DNA from: an uncultured delta proteobacterium
GTDB taxonomy: Bacteria > Desulfobacterota > Syntrophorhabdia > Syntrophorhabdales > WCHB1-27
NCBI GenBank assembly: GCA_963750015.1
Contig: CAVVPU010000134.1
Span: 7,137 to 71,136, forward strand
DNA: 64,000 nucleotides
Direction of reading: 5' to 3'
A model generated the notes under the pieces. It worked only from the letters and a program-made list of their open reading frames with translations. It had not been told where the DNA came from and did no database searches. This document shows, one piece after another, positions 57,257 through 64,000 of the stretch. Position 1 is the first letter of the stretch. The number at the start of each line of letters is the position of its first letter. Both the position numbers and the translations under genes were made by a program.

Positions 57257-57345
57257 CTACGGGGTCAGGTCTTTCATTGCCGAAGCCTACGGGGTCAGGT
57301 CTTTCATTGCGAAGCCTACGGGGTCAGGTCTTTCATTGTAGCATT
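57251..57345. repeat. three head-to-tail REP-like repeats (30-bp period)
   Basis: CGAAGCCTACGGGGTCAGGTCTTTCATTGC at 57251 and 57281. The third copy (57311-57345) extends to ...CATTGTAGCATT. Confidence 0.95.
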
Positions 57346-58187
57346 CTCCGTTCTTCATCCCTAACGATCCGGCTAATCGTCGTATAGTGCAGGCCAAGGT
57401 TTGTACCGATCTGCTGAAGCGTGTAATGGTAAGTGACGTGGGCGGTGTAAATGGCCTTGTTCCGCGCCTCTTTTGAGGACGCAGCCGCAAAGAGGTGAGA
57501 AAGGTCGGGCTTGGCAGCCTCCCGTTGGCGTCGCGGAATTTCGCGATTGTCGTTGCGGAGCAGCCGCTTCATCTCTTCCACGAAGTACTCGTCGCCGAGG
57601 TAGATCTGCCCCTTCAGCTCAGCCCACAGAGAGGTTCCCGAAATGCCTTCTGCGACAAACTTCCGGTAGAGTTCGCATGCCCTCTTTCGTATCGTGCTGA
57701 ACTGGGCAAGAATCGAACCTGTCGTGAGAAAGGAAGGGACATCGTCGATTCCCGCCGTTGCCCGATAGCTGCTCCACTTCCAGTCTTCTACGTTCTCGGT
57801 TGCATGTGCTCTCACGGGATTAAGGGCGACGTAGCGGCAGAGTTCGAGAAAATAGGAGTCACCATCGACGATGATTGCCTTATACCTTCCTTGGAAGACA
57901 TGACCTGTCATATGGTGCTTCCAGTTGTATTTCTGGGTATATATGCCGTTGAGCTGCCTCATTCCCTTTGCAAGGTTTGCTTCCCTCGTTTCGATGACGA
58001 GATGATAATGATTATCCATAAGGCAGTAGGCGTAGCAAATCCATTGAAACCGGTTCACGATGCTGGCGAGAAGCTCGGTGAAATATCTGCGGTCTTTGTC
58101 GTTTCTGAAGATCTTCTGACGGGCGTTGCCCCGGGAGGTGAGGTGATACAGGGCGCCGGGGTATTCGATGCGGAGGGGACGTGCCAT
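57333..58187 (-). CDS. Y1 HUH transposase, REP-associated (RayT/IS200-like) with C-terminal HTH
   Basis: 284 aa. YHLTSRGN, HUH motif NHYHLVIE, Tyr region VFQGRYKA and a C-terminal HTH (YTLQQIGTNLGLHYTTISRIV). Confidence 0.85.
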   Translation of the reverse strand: MARPLRIEYPGALYHLTSRGNARQKIFRNDKDRRYFTELLASIVNRFQWICYAYCLMDNHYHLVIETREANLAKGMRQLNGIYTQKYNWKHHMTGHVFQGRYKAIIVDGDSYFLELCRYVALNPVRAHATENVEDWKWSSYRATAGIDDVPSFLTTGSILAQFSTIRKRACELYRKFVAEGISGTSLWAELKGQIYLGDEYFVEEMKRLLRNDNREIPRRQREAAKPDLSHLFAAASSKEARNKAIYTAHVTYHYTLQQIGTNLGLHYTTISRIVRDEERRMLQ

Positions 58188-58216
58188 AAAGGGAAATATA
58201 TCACCTATGAAGAGGA

Positions 58217-58242
58217 AATGCTACAATGAAAGACCTGACCCC
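58217..58242. repeat. REP-like 26-bp core copy
   Basis: AATGCTACAATGAAAGACCTGACCCC, 30 nt upstream of the transposase start. Confidence 0.9.
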
Positions 58243-58375
58243 ATGGCATTCCTAAATGATTAGTAACAGTTTAGTCCTTCCCGACATATTTTTTATCTAA
58301 AATACGTAAGAAATCGATAAAAGTGTTGCCTTATCGGGCTATTTTTGTGGTAATATATAAGAGTATAAATACTCT

Positions 58376-58666
58376 TTGGAGGTTACCATGCAACGAGTCG
58401 ACATCCTTAAGAAGCAGCGGGAGAGGCTCAAGGAAGATATCGGGGCGTACCTCGATTCCTTCCTTATCGGGACGGTCGCCAAGTCCCCTTCCATGACCGG
58501 CCATGGTCTTACCACGAAGGTGAAGGGGAAGACAGTATCCCTGTATGTGAGAAAAGGGATCGTGAGGGAGGTAGAGGAGATGACCACGCGGTACAAGCGA
58601 ATGTGGCTTCTTCTGCAGAAGCTCTCGAAGATCAACTGGGAGATTCTCAAAGCGGAGAGCGACTAG
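58376..58666 (+). CDS. small IS-associated protein (96 aa)
   Basis: Basic coiled-coil ORF whose TAG stop directly abuts the GTG start of the transposase. No function recognised. Confidence 0.6.
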   Translation: MEVTMQRVDILKKQRERLKEDIGAYLDSFLIGTVAKSPSMTGHGLTTKVKGKTVSLYVRKGIVREVEEMTTRYKRMWLLLQKLSKINWEILKAESD

Positions 58667-60190
58667 GTGACTCGTGGCGCGTATCCGCCCTATGGCTTCA
58701 CCTGTCCTTACACGGATCACTGCCCTCATCTGGACGGGCTGTCCACGACATGGGTGTTCGAAGAGTACCAACGGGGCGAGGAGGTGTATCAGGAGCATCT
58801 TCGCATCATCGATGTGCTGAACGACAGGTTGAACGAAGCTCTGAAACAGGTCCGGATACTGGAGAAGGAGAATGGGGAATTGAAAGCGAAGAATACCGCG
58901 TTGCATCGCCGACAATTCAAAGCGAACAAAGCGATGCATTCAGAAAGCGGCAGCCCTGCCGGTACAAGGAAGAAACGAGGCGCTCCGGTGGGTCACCCGG
59001 GGTGGTCGAGGGCTACGCCGCACCGTGCGGATAGGACCGTGCACGTTCCCGCCCCTTCGATATGCCCCCATTGCGGATCCGACAATCTTATACCCTCACA
59101 GGAGGTCAGCGAGCACCTCCAGGAAGACATCGTCCTTCGTCCGCGCACGGTTGTTACCAGGTATGTGCACGGGGAGGCGTACTGCGGCCACTGTCGCCGG
59201 TCTGTGGTACAAAGGGGAGAGGATGAGCTTCTTAACGCTTCTATCGGGCCGATTGCCAAATCAACCGCTATTTACTTACGGTATCGGATAGGCATGCCCT
59301 ATCGCAAGGTGCAGGAGGTATTCAAAGACCTCTTCGGTCTGCACTTCGTTGCCGCCTCCGCGGTGGGGTTCGACCGGCAGGCGGCAACGAAGGGGACGGC
59401 GATTTACGAAGACCTGAGGGAGAAGATCAAGGCATCGGCCGTCATCCATGCCGATGAAACCTCCTGGCGGAATGACGGCCTCGGCCATTATGCGTGGTAT
59501 GCGGGGAATCCCGATCTGGCGTTTTTCCATCTCGACCGGCACCGCTCCACCGACGTGGCTCGATCCATCCTGGGGTCGAGATTCGAGGGCATCCTGGTCA
59601 CGGATCGCTATGCCGCGTATAACGGCGCGAATGCACAGGCACGGCAGGTCTGCCTGGCGCACCTTATCAGACAGGCACAAGAAACCACCAGGGAACTCGT
59701 CCTGATCGAAGACCGTGACAAAAAGGCGGAAGCCTTTTGCGCGGACATCGCCTCGTTCTTCTCAAAAGCCTGCAGAATAGGTCAGGAGTTCCGTGCCGGT
59801 GACCTCTCCTGGAATCAGGCGTCCCACGTGGAAAAAGGACTCGAAAGAGAACTGAGAAAGCTTTGCGCCCCCGCGCTCACCTATAAGCCCGCAGAAGCCC
59901 TCCGGGCCTCCCTCATGGGGAAAGACCACACGCACCTGTTCACCTTCCTCCGCTATCCCGGCGTGCAGCCGACCAACAATCAGGCGGAGCAGTCCCTTCG
60001 CTTTCTAGTGATCTTCCGCAAGATAATGTTCGGTACTCGATCCATAAGCGGATTAAGAACACATAGCGTCCTGCCCAGCCTCATCCTCACCGCATGCCGG
60101 CAGGGACAAAACCCCCGTGCGTTCCTCCACACCCTTCTCACTGCCGATACTGCGACGGCCCAAGCAGCTCTGTATCACAACTCAAGCTGA
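58667..60190 (+). CDS. IS66 family transposase
   Basis: 507 aa. Leucine-zipper region (LKQVRILEKENGELKAKN), zinc finger CPHCGS...CGHC, DDE region IHADETSWR, VTDRYAAYN and CLAHLIR. Confidence 0.92.
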   Translation: MTRGAYPPYGFTCPYTDHCPHLDGLSTTWVFEEYQRGEEVYQEHLRIIDVLNDRLNEALKQVRILEKENGELKAKNTALHRRQFKANKAMHSESGSPAGTRKKRGAPVGHPGWSRATPHRADRTVHVPAPSICPHCGSDNLIPSQEVSEHLQEDIVLRPRTVVTRYVHGEAYCGHCRRSVVQRGEDELLNASIGPIAKSTAIYLRYRIGMPYRKVQEVFKDLFGLHFVAASAVGFDRQAATKGTAIYEDLREKIKASAVIHADETSWRNDGLGHYAWYAGNPDLAFFHLDRHRSTDVARSILGSRFEGILVTDRYAAYNGANAQARQVCLAHLIRQAQETTRELVLIEDRDKKAEAFCADIASFFSKACRIGQEFRAGDLSWNQASHVEKGLERELRKLCAPALTYKPAEALRASLMGKDHTHLFTFLRYPGVQPTNNQAEQSLRFLVIFRKIMFGTRSISGLRTHSVLPSLILTACRQGQNPRAFLHTLLTADTATAQAALYHNSS

Positions 60191-60540
60191 GGGGTCGGGC
60201 GAGCACAGGGACTAAACTGTTACGAACAGATCGGGAGGATTTCGCATCAGAACAGGTGGCCCATGAGGACTCGAGACGCGTGCGCAATGAGGGAGATACT
60301 TTTGTCTCTATGCCGAACAGATTCATCTGGGAGGTGTTTTCTTATGCATGTACCATTATGCAATTGTACTTAATTCTCGAATTGTACGTGCTTACCCGAG
60401 GAGAGTGAAATCTTCAACGATTATCAACATTTCACACCCGCGAACTGCTTCCTGAAAGGTAGTTTTTCAAGATTTCTCTTGCAGTCCAAAAATACGAATG
60501 ATATTCCTTGAACAGGTCAAATCAGATACCGACGGGGAAT

Positions 60541-60566
60541 AATGCTACAATGAAAGACCTGACCCC
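60541..60566. repeat. REP-like 26-bp core copy
   Basis: AATGCTACAATGAAAGACCTGACCCC, in direct orientation relative to the 58217 copy. Confidence 0.9.
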
Positions 60567-60586
60567 ACAAGCTTTTCCTAACAGCC

Positions 60587-60660
60587 CGCGGCTCCGGCCT
60601 TCATAGGATGCACACACCAGCACCAATTGAATAAGAGCGGCGTCCCTGGAGGCCGCCAAA
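60587..60660. repeat. left arm of a 74-bp imperfect inverted repeat
   Basis: The reverse complement aligns with 63653-63725 (5 substitutions and 1 indel). Confidence 0.9.
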
Positions 60661-60901
60661 GGCAACGTGGGCTATTTCCCTCATTTGGAGGGGAGAGGGC
60701 AGGGTGAGGGTGGCCATTCGGCCTTTTGTCTTTAACTTTCGCGATTCGAGTTTCGCGTTATTATCTTTCCCCTTTCCCCTTCCAAATGCGTTCGCCGTGT
60801 CTCTCACCCTCTCAGAGGACGGGTGCCTTAACCCAAGGGCTAAAAATCTGCGCCCCTCGACTCCGCGGGCCACGCGGGTAATCCGCCCGGCTGGGGGGAA
60901 C

Positions 60902-60930
60902 TTGACAACACGTCCCTTTAATAGTACTGT
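60902..60930 (+). promoter_or_regulatory. sigma-70 type promoter candidate for the TA operon
   Basis: TTGACA-N17-TACTGT, 27 nt upstream of the antitoxin ATG. It overlaps the imperfect palindrome TACTGTTACAAGTA. Confidence 0.4.
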
Positions 60931-60956
60931 TACAAGTAGCATGGGAGGTACAATTA

Positions 60957-61238
60957 ATGCCGAAGACTCCGAAGATTATGCCTATTTCCGATCTCAGACA
61001 AAACGCGAGCGATGTTGTCAAAAAGGTATCGTTATCCGGAGAGCCTGTCTTTATTACCCAGCGCGGACGGGCGGCTGCAGTCATGGTCAGCATGCAGGTT
61101 TATGAAGAGTCCCAGCACGAGCTCGAAATCTTACGGCTGCTCGCGCGCGGTGAGAAAGAAATAGAGGCAGGTGTCGGCTATGAACTTGATGAAGTCCTGA
61201 AAGAGGCAGACCGCTTTCTTGAGGTTTCAAAAGCTTGA
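60957..61238 (+). CDS. Phd/YefM family antitoxin
   Basis: 93 aa. MPISDLRQNASDVVKKVSLSGEPVFITQRGRAAAVMVSMQVYE is typical Phd/YefM. GGGAGG RBS. Confidence 0.88.
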   Translation: MPKTPKIMPISDLRQNASDVVKKVSLSGEPVFITQRGRAAAVMVSMQVYEESQHELEILRLLARGEKEIEAGVGYELDEVLKEADRFLEVSKA

Positions 61239-61525
61239 GAGTCCTCTTTACCCCTACAGGCCGCCGGCAGTTTCTGGAAGGACTGGCTTATATTCACCGA
61301 GATAATCCCACTGCCGCAAAAGGATTTCGCGGGAAGGCCGAAAAAGCACTTTTACGCTTGAAAGAGTTCCCGGAATCCGGGAGACTGGTTCCCGAGTTCT
61401 CTGACCTGCCCTTTCGCGAGGTGATCGTCAGACCATATCGGTTCTTCTACAGAGTCAAGGATCAAACTGTGTGGATTGTTGCGGTCTGGCATAGCGCCCA
61501 ACTACCTCAAGAGCCCGATCAGTAA
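61235..61525 (+). CDS. ParE/RelE family toxin
   Basis: 96 aa, overlapping the antitoxin stop by 4 nt. ParE-like (FTPTGRRQFLEGLAYI, REVIVRPYRFFYRVKDQTVWIVAVWHSAQ). Confidence 0.88.
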   Translation: MRVLFTPTGRRQFLEGLAYIHRDNPTAAKGFRGKAEKALLRLKEFPESGRLVPEFSDLPFREVIVRPYRFFYRVKDQTVWIVAVWHSAQLPQEPDQ

Positions 61526-61756
61526 TCGATGAAACGCGTCAGGGTGCAGGTTCCGGGGTCTCCTTCCTGAACTCGATAACCATTGAGTTTCTCTTGCATT
61601 CTTCGAATACGAGTGGTAAGTGGTAAATGGTTAGGCAGGGAGTCAACAGCTCAGCAAGTGAGTCCAGTGATGTCCCTATGGCCCATACAATTATCGACAA
61701 AGACCCGTTCTGCCGATAGGTGGCTGCGAAGACGAGCGCACGGAGGACTGAGACCC

Positions 61757-62206
61757 ATGGCCGACATAAATCTCACGCAAGCTGAAGCCAACGCCCTCAT
61801 CGCGATGGAGAAGCATCGGATCAATGATGACGGTTGGGACTATCCTGTTGCGGGCGAATCAATCAGTGTTCCTCTTATTTCTGCGGATAAACGAGAGAAC
61901 TTCGTTCTCGACGTATACAGGGGAAGGATCGACCTGCTGAAGGGTACGTACCAGCACCGCTCCCGGCAAGTTGTCATCTTGGTACGGCTTGACTTCGGTG
62001 GGCAGCCCCACAGGAACCCGGATGATAGTCACGTCCCGTCGCCCCACCTACATGTTTATCGAGAAGGCTTCGGCGATAGGTGGGCCGTTCCGATCCCCGA
62101 GGACAAGTTTCCAAATGCTGGGGATTTATGGGCTACGCTGGAACATTTCATGTTATTCTGTAACATCACTCGGCCACCACTCATTCAGAGAGGATTGTTC
62201 GCATGA
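61757..62206 (+). CDS. hypothetical protein A (149 aa), first gene of a coupled pair
   Basis: Start set at ATG 61757 behind a GGAGGA RBS (the ORF track start at 61583 is unlikely). Contains [34 protein letters not shown]. No family recognised. Confidence 0.6.
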   Translation: MADINLTQAEANALIAMEKHRINDDGWDYPVAGESISVPLISADKRENFVLDVYRGRIDLLKGTYQHRSRQVVILVRLDFGGQPHRNPDDSHVPSPHLHVYREGFGDRWAVPIPEDKFPNAGDLWATLEHFMLFCNITRPPLIQRGLFA

Positions 62207-62967
62207 TCGAAGAAATCCAGAAGCTCCTTGACACCTATCTGGCTTGGCTAAGAGACAAGACTAAGCTCAGACAGGTTGGCGATTGGGCCGAGATCACAAC
62301 CCCTTATCTTGATCGGCACAACGACTATCTCCAAATTTATGCCGGCCGGAAGAACGGCGGGTTTGTCCTCACGGATGACGGATACGTCATTGGAGACCTG
62401 AAACGGTCAGGCTGCGAACTGGAAAGCAAGAAGCGCAGAGACCTTCTGATCCAGACGTTGAACGGCTTCGGCGTTAAGCTGGAAAACGATTCCTTACAGG
62501 TTCAGGCTTCGCCCGACAATTTCGCTCTCAGAAAACACAACCTTGTACAGGCCATGCTGGCGATAAATGATCTGTTCTACCTTGCCACTCCGATTGTTGC
62601 CAGCCTCTTTCTTGAAGATGTCACGCTGTGGCTCGACGCAAATGATGTCCGGTACACCCCCAAGGTGAAGTTCGCGGGCAAGAGTGGATATGACCATCTC
62701 TTCGATTTCGTGATTCCAGCCTCCAAACAAGAACCGGAGCGCATACTGCAAACCATGAATAGGCCGAACCGCGATACTGCTCAGGCCATCGCTTTTTCGT
62801 GGATAGATACGAAGGATGTCAGGCCGCAGAATTCGAGAGCATACGCCTTTTTGAACGACATGGACCACACCCCTTCCGCTTCTGTGATAGATGCCCTAAA
62901 GAACTACGACGTGCACCCCGTTCTGTGGAGCGAGAGACAACGGGTTCGTGAAGAACTGGCCGCATGA
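62203..62967 (+). CDS. DUF1828/DUF1829-like protein B (254 aa)
   Basis: ATGA overlap with gene A. The N-half ([36 protein letters not shown]) and C-half ([26 protein letters not shown]) resemble the DUF1828 plus DUF1829 architecture. This is from memory and needs HMM confirmation. Confidence 0.6.
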   Translation: MIEEIQKLLDTYLAWLRDKTKLRQVGDWAEITTPYLDRHNDYLQIYAGRKNGGFVLTDDGYVIGDLKRSGCELESKKRRDLLIQTLNGFGVKLENDSLQVQASPDNFALRKHNLVQAMLAINDLFYLATPIVASLFLEDVTLWLDANDVRYTPKVKFAGKSGYDHLFDFVIPASKQEPERILQTMNRPNRDTAQAIAFSWIDTKDVRPQNSRAYAFLNDMDHTPSASVIDALKNYDVHPVLWSERQRVREELAA

Positions 62968-63191
62968 CCGCATTTACCAAAGTATATGGGCCATGCAATC
63001 AGGGGAATAGGGGGCCAGGGAGATGGCAGCGAGAGGCTGGTCCGATAAGTGGTTGAACACGTACAGAATGGAACAACGTGTCTGCCAGCTTCGTTGTGAG
63101 GCGGAGAAAACGAAAATGTAAAGGGCGCCCAGCCTTCCGCCCTTCGCGAATAGGCAAAATAGGCAAGAAATGGTTAGGTGAGTAATCTGGA

Positions 63192-63590
63192 ATGAAACCT
63201 GTCCTTGATTTGATAATGAGTCATTGGCTTGTGATAGCTGTCGGTATGAGTCTCTTTTGGGGAATCAGAGGAGCGTATCTTGAGTATGTCGACAGAACGG
63301 ACGATTTCATTTTAAGAGTGGACAAGCCCCATAGGCTGCATAGCCTATTGAATTTCGCAACATTCCAATTCATCTTCAGTTTTGTTGGCTCTTTTGCGGG
63401 ATGGTGCTGTCTATATATTCTGATTTTGAGGGTGCAGCCAAATCTATTAAGGAACTTGGATTCGAGTGACTTCGTGCTTTTTCTACTCTCATTTCTCGGA
63501 ATAGCAGGTATTTTATCTCAGGCTATTTACGGATTGATAAAGTCTTTAGGAAAGATTGCCGCGATCGGAATAGATAAACTTGTGAAGTAA
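63192..63590 (+). CDS. small hydrophobic membrane protein (132 aa)
   Basis: 3-4 predicted TM segments (HWLVIAVGMSLFWGI, FQFIFSFVGSFAGWCCLYILIL, FVLFLLSFLGIAGILSQAIYGLI). AGGTGAG RBS. GC visibly lower than its surroundings. Confidence 0.55.
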   Translation: MKPVLDLIMSHWLVIAVGMSLFWGIRGAYLEYVDRTDDFILRVDKPHRLHSLLNFATFQFIFSFVGSFAGWCCLYILILRVQPNLLRNLDSSDFVLFLLSFLGIAGILSQAIYGLIKSLGKIAAIGIDKLVK

Positions 63591-63652
63591 GGAAGTTCTC
63601 GTAAAGAACCCCTCCAGGGCGAGGGAAAAAGAGCAACACACATTCGGTCGGT

Positions 63653-63725
63653 TTTGGCGGCCTCTCGGGCCGCCGCTCTTGTTCAATTGTGCTGGTGTGT
63701 GAATCCTATGAAGGCCGGAGCCGCG
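63653..63725. repeat. right arm of the 74-bp imperfect inverted repeat
   Basis: TTTGGCGGCCTCTCGGGCCGCCGCTCTTGTTCAATTGTGCTGGTGTGTGAATCCTATGAAGGCCGGAGCCGCG. It contains the GC hairpin GCGGCC-TCTC-GGGCCGC followed by CTCTTGTTC. Confidence 0.9.
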
Positions 63726-63799
63726 CTCTCTTTAATGATACGGCTCCGCGTGTTACCGACCGGCCACACCTCGTGCCCTCTCTCGCCTTTGTGCTTCTC

Positions 63800-64000
63800 C
63801 TACACCTTCACTAAGGTATATGCCCTCTCACCCATCCCCATCTTCTGGGCATGCTCGAGCTGAATCGTCCAATCTATTCTCGGAAATACCGCCCGGAACT
63901 TGTCCTCGCCTGCCTTGAGGCGCTCTTTGATCACGCACCCGGGCATGGACTCCTCGCCATTTACCAGGTCGCATGACGCTGCGTCTATGGCCACGGGGTC
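63800..64000 (-). CDS. 3' end of a gene entering from beyond the window (C-terminus resembles DUF362-type proteins)
   Basis: The frame is open to the window edge. ...VAIDAASCDLVNGEESMPGC...ERAYTLVKV. The family call is tentative. Confidence 0.45.
   Translation of the reverse strand, partial: DPVAIDAASCDLVNGEESMPGCVIKERLKAGEDKFRAVFPRIDWTIQLEHAQKMGMGERAYTLVKV

Larger units (their letters stand above)
57251..58242 (-). mobile_element. REPtron-like unit: RayT-type transposase gene flanked by inverted REP-like repeats
   Basis: The 26-bp core AATGCTACAATGAAAGACCTGACCCC is present in inverted orientation at 57320-57345 (minus sense) and 58217-58242 (plus sense), around the transposase gene. Confidence 0.7.
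58263..60223 (+). mobile_element. IS66-family insertion sequence (about 1.96 kb)
   Basis: 15-bp perfect terminal inverted repeats GTAACAGTTTAGTCC (58263-58277 and the reverse complement of 60209-60223) enclose a small ORF plus an IS66 transposase. The ends start GTAA, as in IS66. Confidence 0.8.

Noticed and set aside
57251-57345. Possible mini CRISPR array (three 30-bp direct repeats)
   Set aside because: The repeats are contiguous with no spacers, no cas genes are nearby, and the same core recurs in inverted orientation around a Y1 transposase. These are REP/BIME-type repeats.
60601-60942. 113-aa minus-strand ORF between the left repeat arm and the TA operon
   Set aside because: Its Arg/Gly-rich, junk-like translation has no RBS, and it overlaps the repeat arm and the TA promoter region. 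It is more likely non-coding.
62012-62032. R-x5-H (RNPDDSH) in protein A as a possible HEPN RNase motif
   Set aside because: The short motif is common by chance and the surrounding sequence looks beta-rich rather than all-helical, so it is too weak to use as evidence.
61625-63178. Shared 11-mer AAATGGTTAGG upstream of gene A (61625) and of the membrane protein gene (63168) as a possible common operator
   Set aside because: Hundreds of repeated 11-mers are expected by chance in 64 kb, and there is no palindromic structure or flanking similarity.

Overview
64-kb bacterial chromosomal window, mid GC by eye, with three parts. (1) 1-37 kb is one minus-strand flagellar and chemotaxis supercluster: flgJ'(partial)-flgI-H-A-G-F, cheW-cheA-cheY-cheR-HEAT-cheB-HDOD, fliA-flhG-flhA-flhB-fliR-Q-P-O-N-M-L, flgE-flgD-fliK-fliJ-I-H-G-F-E-flgC-flgB, a sigma-54 two-component pair, a second sigma-54 activator, and cheX-cheY. 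Sigma-54 and sigma-28 type promoter matches can be read directly from the sequence. (2) 37-43 kb is housekeeping: tRNA-Val, yebC, ruvCAB, a rodZ-like gene and a purM-like gene. (3) From 43.04 kb onward the content is accessory, and a 48-nt 3' fragment of a tRNA-Arg(ACG) marks the transition. It holds a cobalamin-riboswitch-controlled btuB-btuFCD-cbiZ-tonB locus, then a second TonB-dependent receptor with exbB-exbD-tonB behind an unusual promoter-plus-terminator leader. Next come a 5'-truncated surface-type gene, a RayT-like Y1 transposase flanked by inverted REP-like repeats (REPtron layout) and an IS66-family element. Last is a 3.1-kb cassette bracketed by 74-bp imperfect inverted repeats. 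The cassette carries a Phd/ParE toxin-antitoxin pair, a translationally coupled two-gene operon (unknown 149-aa protein plus a DUF1828/DUF1829-like protein) and a low-GC small membrane protein. That operon and its bracketed cassette are my best candidate for an undescribed system, possibly defence-related. Two apparent +1 frameshifts (flgD, cbiZ) need checking against raw reads. All family assignments come from motif recognition by eye, with no database search run.
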